DNA of 64,000 nt. Origin: the human T2T-CHM13v2.0 reference genome, Homo sapiens. Position numbers and translations under genes: made by a program. Shown here one piece after another: positions 1-11,200 of this stretch. Positions within the stretch are counted from its first letter, which is position 1. The number at the start of each line of letters is the position of its first letter. The notes under the pieces were generated by a model, which worked only from the letters and a program-made list of their open reading frames with translations, searched no databases and had not been told where the DNA came from. The stretch is taken from assembly GCF_009914755.1 (NCBI RefSeq), contig NC_060948.1. One strand, 5' to 3'.

Positions 1-216
1 GAGTGGAATGGAATGGGATGAATGGAATTGATTGGAGAGGAGTGGAATGGAATGGAATGGAAAGGAATGGAATTGAACGAAATGGAGTGTAGTAGAAAGT
101 AGTGGATTGGAGTGGAGTGCAGGGGTGTGCAGTGGAATGAAGAGGAGTGTAGTTGAATGGAATGGAATGGTATGGAACGTACTGGAATGGAATGGATAAG
201 AATGGAATGGAATGGA

Positions 217-3090
217 ATCGCATGGAATTGAATAGAATCAAATCGAATTGAATAGAATCAAATGGAAAAAATAGAGTCAAATGGAATCAAATGTCATAGA
301 ATCGCACGGTTTTGAATGTCAGTGAATGGAAACGAATGGAATGCGATGAAGTGGAGCGGAGTGGAGTTGAAAGGAGTGCAATGGAATAGGGTGGAAGAGA
401 ATTTAATGGAACAGAGTGGATTGGAGTGGACTGGAGTGGAATGGAAAGGGAAGGAATGGGATTGAAAGGAGAGGCGTGCAGTGGAGTGGAGTGGCATGGA
501 GTGGAGTGGAGTCGAATGGAGTGGAATGGAGTGGATTGGAATGGAATGGAGTGCAGAGGAATGGAATGGAATGGTATAGAGTGGACAGGAATGGAGTGGA
601 GTGGATTGGAATGGAATGGAATGTAAGGGAATGGAACTGAATGGACTGGAATGGAATGGAATAGAATGGAATCGCAGGGAATCAAATTGGATTGAATCGA
701 ATCGAATGGATAAAATGAAATCAAATGAAATTGAATGGAATCGAATTGAATGTAAACAATGGAATCCAAAGGAGTCAAATGGAATTGAATCAAATGGTTT
801 TGAATGGCATCAAATGAAATGGCATGGAAGGCAGTGAATTGGAGTGGAATGGAATAGAGAGGAACGAATTGGAATGGAGGGTAGTGGAATGGAGTGGATT
901 CCAGTGGAGTGGAGTGGATTGGATTGGAATGGAATGGAATAGATTGGATTGGAGTGGTGCAGAGTGGAGTGGACTGGAGTGCAGAGGAATGGAGTGGAGT
1001 GAAGTCCAGTTGAGTGGAATGGAATGGAGTGGAGCAGAGTGGAATGCAAAAGAATGAAATGGATTGGTATGGAATGGAATGGCGTGGAATGGCGTGGAAT
1101 AGAATGGAATGGAATCGCATGGAATGATATCAAATCAAATCAAATCGAACGGAAAATAATGAATCCAATGGAAGCGAAAGGATTCTAAAGGAATGGATTC
1201 GAAATGCATTGAATGGAATGGAAAGGAATGCAGTGAAGTGGAGTGGAGTGGAATGTTTTAGAGTGAACTGGGGTGGATTGGAACTTTATGGAGAGGAGTG
1301 GAGTGAAGCGGATTGGAGCGGAATGGAGTGCAATGGACTGGAGTGGAGTGGAATGGATTAGAGTGGAGTGGAGTGGATCGGAGTGGAGTGCCGTGGAGTG
1401 GACTAGAGTGGGGTGGAGTGGAGTGCATTGGAGTGGAATGGAGTGGAGTGGGGTGGAATGGAATGGAATGGGATCAAATCGCATGGTAATGAGTGAAATG
1501 GAATCAAATGGAATGGAAATAATGGAATCGAAGGCAAACGAATGGAATCGAATTGCACTGATTCTACTGACTTCGAACAAAATGAAATGAAACGCGGTGA
1601 AGTGTAGTGGAGTGGAATGTATTGGGTGGAATGGAATTGAATGGTGTGGAGTGGAGTGGAGTGCCCAGGAGTGGAATGGGAAGAAATGGAATTGAACGGA
1701 GAGGAGTGGAGTGGAATGGGGCATAATGGAGTGGAATAGTGTAGAGTAGAGTAGAGTGGAATGGGTTGGAGTGGAATGCAGAGGACAGGAGTGGAGTGTG
1801 GTTGACTGGAGTGGAGTGGAGTTGAGTGGAGGGGATTGGATTGAAATAGAGGGGAGCAGAGTTGAATGGAATTGAGTCACATGGTAATGAATCACATCGA
1901 ATGGCTTTAAATCGAATGAAAAAATGGAATCAAATGCAAACGAATGGAGTCAAACCACATTGGTTAAACTGACATCGAATAATATCAAATGAAATGTGGT
2001 GAAGTGGAGTGCAGTGTAACGAAATGGGGTTTAATGAAATTGAATGGATTGGAGTGGATTGGAGTCTACTGGAGTGGAATGGAATGGAATGGAAAGGAAT
2101 GGAATAGAATGGAGTGAAGTGCAGTGCAGTGAAATGGAGTGGAAAGGAATGGAATGGAATGGAATGGAATGGAATGGAATGGAATCAAATGGAATCGAAG
2201 TGAATCGAATCTAATGAAATTGATCGGAAAAAATGGAATGGAGTAGAATCGAATAAGATGGATTCAACAGGCAACAAATAGAATTGAATGGAATGCGGTG
2301 AGTTGGAGGGCATTGGAATGGAGTTGAATGGAATGGGGTGTAATTGAATTGAATGGAGTAGAGTGGATTGGAGTGGACTGGAGTGGAATGGAGCGGAATG
2401 GGCAGGAATGGAATTGAAAGGGGTGAATTGGAATTGAGTGCTGCGGATTGGGGTAGACTGCATTGTAGTAGATTGGAGTGGAAAGAAGTGGAGTGGAATG
2501 GAATGGAATGCAATGGAGTGGAGTGGAATGGAATGGAGTGGAGTAGAATGGAATTTAATGGAGTGGAGTGGAATTGAGTGGAATGGAGAGTAATGGAGTG
2601 GAGTGGACTGCAACGAAGTGGAGTGTAGTGCATTGGACTGTAGGGGATTGAAGTGTCTTGGAGTGCAATGGAGTGGAGTGGAATGGAATGGAATGGAATG
2701 GAATTGAATGGAATGGAATGGAGTGGAATGGAATCGAATCAGATGGGACTGAATCAAATCGAATTGAATGAAAATGAATGGAAAAAAAAGAATCAAATGG
2801 AATCAAATCGAATGGATTCGAATGATATTGAATGGAATTGAAAGGAATGCAGTGAGGTGGAGTTGAGTGGAATGGAGTGGAATGGAATGGGATGAATGGA
2901 ATTGACTGGAGAGGAGTGGAATGGAATGGAATGGAAAGTCATGGAATTGAAAAAAATGGAGTGTAGTAGAATGTAGTGGATTGGAGTGGAGTGCAGGGGA
3001 GTGCAGTGGAATGAAGTGGAGTGTAGTTGAATGGAATGGAGGGGTATGGAACGTACTGGAATGGAATGGATAAGAATGGAATGGAATGGA
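217..3090 (+). repeat. One representative monomer (2,874 bp) composed of 7 degenerate subunits
   Basis: An ATC(G/A)CATGG-like anchor opens an AATC/CpG-rich block at 217, 671, 1114, 1478, 1876, 2184 and 2738, and again at 3091. Each block is followed by a GGAGT-rich block. Confidence 0.75.
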
Positions 3091-6000
3091 ATCGCATGGA
3101 ATTGAATAGAATCAAATCGAATTGAATAGAATCAAATGGAAAAAATGGAGTCAAATGGAATCGAATGTCATAGAATCGAACGGTTTTGAATGTCAGTGAA
3201 TGGAAACGAATGGAATGCGATGAAGTGGAGCGGAGTGGAGTGGAAAGGAGTGCAATGGAATAGGGTGGAAGAGAATTTAATGGAACAGAGTAGATTGGAG
3301 TGGACTGGAGTGGAATGGAATGGGAAGGAATGGGATTGAAAGGAGTGGCGTGCAGTGGAGTGGAGTGGCATGGAGTGGAGTGGAGTGGAATGGAGTGGAA
3401 TGGAGTGGATTGGAATGGAATGGAGTGCAGAGGAATGGAATGGGATGGTATAGAGTGGACAGGAATGGAGTGGAGTGGATTGGAATGGAATGGAATGTAA
3501 GGGAATGGAACTGAATGGACTGGAATGGAATGGAATAGAATGGAATCGCAGGGAATCAAATTGGATTGAATCAAATCGAATGAAAAAAATGAAATCAAAT
3601 GAAATTGAAAAGAATCGAATTGAATGGAAACAATGGAATCGAATGGAGTCAAATGGAATCGAATCAAATCGTTTTGAATGGCGTCAAATGAAATGGCATG
3701 GAAGGCAGTGAATTGGAGTGGAGTGGAATAGAGAGGAATGAATTGGAATGGAGTGTAGTGGAATAGAGTGGATTCCAGTGGAGTGGAGTGGATTGGATTG
3801 GAATGGAATGGAATAGATTGGATTGGAGTGGTGCAGAGTGGAGTGGACTGGAGTGCAGAGGAATGGAGTAGAGAGAAGTCCAGTTGAATGGAATGGAATG
3901 GAGTGGAGCAGAATTGATTGCAAAAGAATGAAGTGGATTGGTATGGAATGGAATGGCGTGCAATGGCGTGGAGTAGAATGGAATGGAATCACATGGAATG
4001 ATATCAAATCAAATCGAATCGAACGGAAAATTATGAATCCAATGGAATCGAAAGGATTCTAAAGGAATGGATTCGAAAGACATTGAATGGAATGGAAAGG
4101 AATGCAGTGGAGTGGAGTGGAGTGGAATGTTTTAGAGTGAACTGAGGTGGATTGGAACTCTATGGAGAGGAGTGGAGTGAAGTGGATTGGAGTGGAATGG
4201 AGTGCAATGGACTGGAGTGGAGTGGAATGGATTGGAGTGGAGTGGAGTGGATCGGAGAGGAGTGCCGTGGAGTGGACTAGAGTGGGGTGGAGTGGAGTGC
4301 ATTGGAGTGGAATGGAGTGGAGTGGGCTGGAATGGAATGGAATGGAATCAAATCGCATGGTAATGAATGAAATGGAATCAAATAGAATGGAAATAATGGA
4401 ATCGAAGGCAAACGAATGGAATCGAATTGCACTGATTCTACTGACTTCGAACAAAATAAAATGAAACGCGGTGAAGTGGAGTGGAGTGGAATGTATTGGG
4501 TGGAATGGAATTGAATGGTGTGGAGTGGAGTGGAGTGCTCAGGAGTGGAATGGGAAGAAATGGAATTGAACGAAGTGGAGGGGAGTGGAATGGGGCATAA
4601 TGGAGTGCAATAGTGTGGAGTGGAGTAGAGTGGAATGGGTTGGAGTTGAATGCAGAGGACAGGAGTGGAGTGCGGTGGACTGAGGTGGAGTGAAGTTGAG
4701 TGGAGTGGATTGGATTGAAATAGAGCGGAGCAGAGTGGAATGGAATTGAATTACATGGTATTGAATCAAATCGAATGGAATTAAATCGAATGAAAAAATG
4801 GAATCAAATGCAAACGAATGGAGTCAAACCACATTGGTTAAACTGACATCGAATAATATCAAATGAAATGCGGTGAAGTGGAGTGGAGTGTAACGAAATG
4901 GGGTGGAATGTAATTGAATGGAGTGGAGTGTTTGGAGTCTACTGGAGTGGAATGGAACGGAATGGAAAGGAATGGAATGGAATGGAGTGAAGTGCAGTGC
5001 AGTGAAATGGAGTGGAAAGGAATGGAATGGAATCAAATGGAGTCGAAGTGAATCGAATCTAACGAAATTGATCGGAGAAAATTGAATGGAGTAGAATCGA
5101 ATAAGATGGATTTAAAAGACAACAAATAGAATTGAATGGAATGCGGTGAGGTGGAGGGCACTGGAACGGAGTTGAATGGAATGGGGTGTAATTGAATTGA
5201 ATGGAGTGGAGTGGATTGGAGTGGACTGGAGTGGAATGGAACGGAATGGGCACGAATGGAATTGAAATGGGTGAATTGGAATTGAGTGCTGTGGATTGGA
5301 ATAGACTGCAATGTAGTGGATTGGAGTGGAAAGAAGTGGAGTGGAATGGAATGGAATGCAATGGAGTGGAGTGGAATGGAATGGAGTGTAGTAGAATGGA
5401 ATTTAATGGAGTGGAGTGGAATTGAGTGGAATGGAGAGTAATGGAGTGGAGTGGACTGGAGCAAAGCGGAGTGTAGTGCATTGGACTGTAGGGGATTGAA
5501 GTGGCTTGGAGTGCAATGGAGTGGAGTGGAATGGAATGGAATGGAATGGAATGGAGTGGAATGGAATCAAATCACATGGAACTGAATCAAATCAAATTGA
5601 ATGAAATTGAATGGAAAAAATGGAATCAAATGGAATCAAATCGAATGGATTCGAATGACATTGAATGGAATCGAAAGGAATGCAGTGAGGTGGAGTTGAG
5701 TGGAATGGAGTGGAATGGAATGGGATAAATGGAATTGACTGGAGAGGAGTGGAATGGAATGGAATGGAAAGGAATGGATTTGATGAAAATGGAGTGTAGT
5801 AGAATGTAGTGGATTGGAGTGGAGTGCAGGGGAGTGCAGTGGAATGAAGAGGAGTGTAGTTGAATGGAATGGAATGGTATGGAACGTACTGGAATGGAAT
5901 GGATAAGAATGGAATGGAATGGAATCGCATGGAATTGAATAAAATCAAATCGAATTGAATAGAATCAAATGGAAAAAATGGAGTGAAATGGAATCGAATG

Positions 6001-8299
6001 TCATAGAATCGAACGGTTTAGAATGTCAGTGAATGGAAACGAATGGAATGCGATGAATTGGAGCGGAGTGGAGTGGAAAGGAGTGCAATGGAATAGGGTG
6101 GAACAGAATTTAATGGAAGAGTGTAGATTGGAGTGTACTGGAGTGGAATGGAATGGGAAGGAATGGGATTGAAAGGAGTGGCGTGCAGTGGAGTGGAGTG
6201 GCATGGAGTGGAGTGGAGTGGAATGGAGTGGAATGGAATGGAGTGGAATGGAGTGGATTGGAATGGAATGGAGTGCAGAGGAATGGAATGGGATGGTATA
6301 GAGTGGACAGGAATGGAGTGGAGTGGATTGGAATGGAATGGAATGTAAGGGAATGGAACTGAATGGACTGGAATGGAATGGAATAGAATGGAATCGCAGG
6401 GAATCAAATTGGATTGAATCGAATCGAATGGAAAAAATGAAAACAAATGAAATTTTATAGAATCGAATTGAATGTAAACAATGGAATCCAATGGAGTCAA
6501 ATGGAATCGAATCAAATGGTTTTGAATGGCATCAAATGAAACGGCATGGAAGGCAGTGAATTGGAGTGGAGTGGAATAGAGAGGAATGAATTGGAATGGA
6601 GTGTAGTGGAATGGAGTGGATTCTAGTGGAGTGGAGTGGATTGGATTGGAATGGAATGGAATAGATTGGATTGGAGTGGTGCAGAGTGGAGTGGACTGGA
6701 GTGCAGAGGAATGGAGTGGAGTGAAGTCGAGTTGAGTGGAATGGAATGGAGTGTAGCAGAGTGGAATTCAAATGAATGAAGTGGATTGGTATGGAATGGA
6801 ATGGCGTGGAATGGAGTGGAATAGAATGGAATGGAATCGCATAGAATGATATCAAATCAAATCGAATCGAACGGAAAATTATGAATCCAATGGAGTCGGA
6901 AGGATTATAAAGGAATGGATTCGAAAGACATTGAATGGAATGGAAAGGAATGCAGTGAAGTGGAGTGGAGTGGAATGTTTTAGAGTGAACTGGGGTGGAT
7001 TGGAACTCTATGGAGAGGAGTGGAGTGAAGTGGATTGGAGTGGAATGGAGTGCAATGGACTGGAGTGGATTGGAATGGATTGGAGTGGAGTGGAGTGGAT
7101 CGGAGTGGAGTGCCGTGGAGGGGACTAGAGTGGGGTGGAGTGGAGTGCATTGGAGTGGAATGGAGTGGCGTGGGGTGGAATGGAATGGAATGGGATCAAA
7201 TCGCATGGTAATGAATGAAATGGAATCAAATGGAATGGAAATAATGGAATCGAAGGCAAACGAATGGAATCGAATTGCACAGATTCTACTGACTTCGAAC
7301 AAAATGAAATGAAATGCGGTGAAGTGGAGTGGAGTGGAATGTATTGGTTGGAATGGAATTGAATGGTGTGGAGTGGAGTGGAGTTCCCAGGAGTGGAATG
7401 GGAAGAAATGGAATTGAACGGAGTGGAGTGGAGTGGAATGGGGCATAATGGAGTGGAATAGTGTGGAGTGGAGTAGAGTGGAATGGGTTGGAGTGGAATG
7501 CAGAGGACAGGAGTGGAGTGCGGTGGACTGGAGTGGAGTGAAGTTGAGTGGAGTGGATTGGATTGAAATAGAGCGGAGCAGAGTGGAATGGAATTGAATC
7601 ACATGGTATTAAATCAAATCGAATGGAATTAAATCGAATGAAAAAATGGAATCAAATGCAAACGAATGGAGTCAAAACACATTGGTTAAACTCACAACGA
7701 ATAATATCAAATGAAATGCGGTGAAGTGGAGTGGAGTGTAACGAAATGGGGTGGAAGGAAATTGAATAGAGTGGAGTGGATTGGAGTCTACTGGAGTGGA
7801 ATGGAACGGAATGGAAAGGAATGGAATAGAATGGAGTGAAGTGCAGTGCAGTGAAATGGAGTGGAAAGGAATGGAATGGAATCAAATGGAATCGAAGTGA
7901 ATCGAATCTAATGAAATTGATCGGAAAAAATGGAATGGAGTAGAATCGAATAAGATGGATTCAAAGGCAACAAATAGAATTGAATGGAATGCGGTGAGGT
8001 TGAGGGCATTGGAATGGAGTTGAATGGAATGGGGTGTAATTGAAATGAATGGAGTGGAGTGGATTGTAGTGGACTGGAGTGGAAAGGAACGGAATGGGAA
8101 GGAATGGAATTGAAAGGGGTGAATTGGAATTGAGTGCTGTGGATTGGAGTAGACTGCATTGTAGTGGATTGGAGTGGAAAGAAGTGGAGTGGAATGGAAT
8201 GGAATGCAATGGAGTGGAGCGGAATGGAATGGAGTGGAGTAGAATGGAATTTAATGGAGTGGAGTGGAATTGAGTGGAATGGAGAGTAATGGAGTGGAG

Positions 8300-11200
8300 T
8301 GGACTGGAGCGAAGTGGAGTGTAGTGCCTTGGACTATAGGGGATTGAAGTGGCTTGGAGTGCAATGGAGTGGAGTGGAATCGAATGAAATGGAATGGAAT
8401 GGAACGTAGTGGAATGGAATCGAATCACATGGAACTGAATCAAATCGAATTGAATGAAATTGAACGGAAAAAATGAAATCCAATGGAATCAAATCGAATG
8501 GATTCGAATGACATTGAATGGAATCGAAAGGAATGCAGTGAGGTGGAGTTGAGTGGAGTGGAGTGGAATGGAATGGGATGAATGGAATTGACTGGAGATG
8601 AGTGGAATGGAATGGAATGGAAAGCAATGGAATTGAACGAAATGGATTGTAGTAGAATGTAGTGGATTGGAGTGGAGTGCAGGGGAGTGCAGTGGAATGA
8701 AGAGGAGTGTAGTTGAATGGAATGGAATGGTATGGAACGTACTGGAATGGAATGGATAAGAATGGAATGGAATGGAATCGCATGGAATTGAAAAGAATCA
8801 AATCGAATTGAATAGAATCAAATGGAAAAAATGGAGGCAAATGGAATCGAATGTCACAGAATCGAACGGTTTTGAATGTCAGTGAATGGAAACGAATGGA
8901 ATGCGATGAAGTGGAGCGGAGTGGAGTGGAAAGGAGTGCAATGGAATAGGGTGGAAGAGAATTTAATGGAACAGATTGGATTGGAGTGGACTGGAGTGGA
9001 ATGGAAAGGGAAGGAATGGGATTGAAAGGAGTGGCGTGCAGTGGAGTGGAGTGGCATGGAGTGGAGTGGAGTGGAATGGAGTGGAATGGAATGGAGTGGA
9101 ATGGAGTGGATTGGAATGGAATGGAGTGCAGAGGAATGGAATGGAATGGTATAGAGTGGACAGGAATAGAGTGGAGTGGATTGGAATGGAATGGAATGTA
9201 AGGGAATGGAACTGAATGGACTGGAATGGAATGGAATAGAATGGAATCGCAGGGAATCAAATTGGATTGAATCGAATCGAATGGAAAAAATGAAATCAAA
9301 TGAAATTGAATGGAATCGAATTGAATGTAAACAATGGAATCCAATGGAGTCAAATGGAATCGAATCAAATGGTTTTGAATGGCATCAAATGAAATGGCAT
9401 GGAAGGCAGTGAATTGGAGTGGAGTGGAATAGAGAGGAATGAATTGGAATGGAGTGTAGTGGAATGGCGTGGATTCCAGTGGAGTGGAGTGGATTGGATT
9501 GGAATGGAATGGAATAGATTGGATTGGAGTGGTGCAGAGTGGAGTGGACTGGAGTGCAGAGGAATGGAGTGGAGTGAAGTCCAGTTGAGTGGAATGGAAT
9601 GGAGTGGAGCAGAGTGGAATGCAAAAGAATGAAGTGGATTGTTATGGAATGGAATGGCGTGGAATGGCGTGGAATAGAATGGAATGGAATCGCATGGAAT
9701 GATACCAAATCAAATCGAATCAAACGGAAAATTATGAATCCAATGGAATCGAAAGGATTCTAAAGGAATGGATTCGAAAGGCATTGAATGGAATGGAAAG
9801 GAATGCAGTGGAGTGGAGTGGAGTGGAATATTTTAGAGTGAACTTGGGTGGATTGGAACTCTATGGAGAGGAGTGGAGTGAAGTGGATTGGAGTGGAATG
9901 GAGTGCAATGGACTGGAGTGGAGTGGAATGGATTGGAGTGGAGTGGAGTGGATCGGAGTGGAGTGCCGTGGAGTGGACTAGAGTGAGGTGGAGTAGAGTG
10001 CATTGGAGTGGAATGGAGTGGAGTGGGGTGCAACGGAATGGAATGGCATCAAATCGCATTGTAATGAATCAAATGGAATCAAATGGAATGGAAATAATGG
10101 AATCGAAGGCAAACGAATGGAATCGAATTGCACTGATTCTACTGACTTCGAACAAAATGAAATGAAACGCGGTGAAGTGGAGTGGAGTGGAATGTATTGG
10201 GTGGAATGGAATAGAATGGTGTGGAGTGGAGTGGAGTGCCCAGGAGTGGAATGGGAAGAAATGGAATTGAAGGGAGTGGATTGGAGTGGAATGGGGCATA
10301 ATGGAGTGGAATAGTGTGGAGTGGAGTAGAGTGGAATGGGTTGGAGTAGAATGCAGAGGACAGGATTGGAGTGCGTTGGACTGGAGTGGGGTAGAGTTGA
10401 GTGGAGTGGAGTGGATTGAAATAGAGCGGAGCAGAGTGGGATGGAATTGAATCACATGGTATTGAATCAAATCGAATGGAATTAAATCGAATGAAAAAAA
10501 TGGAATCAAATGTAAACGAATGGAGTCAAACCACATTGGTTAAACTGACATCGAATAATATCAAAAGAAATGTGGTGAAGTGGAGTGGAGTGTAACGAAA
10601 TGGAGTGGAATGAAATTGAATGGAGTGGGGTCGATTGGAGTCTACTGGAGTGGAATGCAATGGAATGGAAAGGAATGGAATAGAATGGAGTGAAGTGCAG
10701 TGCAGTGAAATGGAGTGGAAAGGAATGGAATGGAATGGAATGGAATCAAATGGAATCGAAGTGAATCGAATCTAATGAAATTGATCGGAAAAAATCGAAT
10801 GGAGTAGAATCGAATAATATGGATTCAAAAGGCAACAAATAGAATGAATGGAATGCGGTGAGTTGGAGGGCATTGGAATGGAGTTGAATGGAATGAGGTG
10901 TAATTGAATTGAATGGAGTGGAGTGGATTGGAGTGGACTGGAGTGGAATGGAACGGAATGGGCAGGAATGGAATTGAAAGGGGTGAATTGGAATTGAGTG
11001 CTGTGGATTGGAGTAGACTGCATTCTAGTGGATTGGAGTGGAAAGAAGTGGAGTGGAATGGAATGGAATGCAATGGAGTGGAGTGGAATGGAATGGAGTG
11101 GATTAGAATGGAATTTAATGGAGTGGAGTGGAATTGAGTGGAATGGAGAGTAATGGATTGGAGTGGGCTGCAGCGAAGTGGAGTGTAGTGCATTGGACTG

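Noticed and set aside
1161-1185. Inverted repeat GAATCC...GGATTC as a terminator or regulatory hairpin
   Set aside because: The arms are only 6 bp with a 13-nt loop, there is no U-tract or gene context, and the sequence is eukaryotic satellite.
1381-1480. G-quadruplex potential in GGAGT/GGGGT-rich blocks
   Set aside because: Mostly GG dinucleotides with isolated G3-G4 runs. I found no four closely spaced G3 tracts.
1273-1590. 105-aa plus-strand ORF (MDWNSMERSG...IALILLTSNKMK) open in all 22 monomers
   Set aside because: Conservation reflects recent tandem amplification. It starts at GTG, and the WNGME/WSGVE content is the pentamer translation. The hydrophobic IALILLT tail is just the inverted island at 1553-1571. 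I used it only as a positional landmark.
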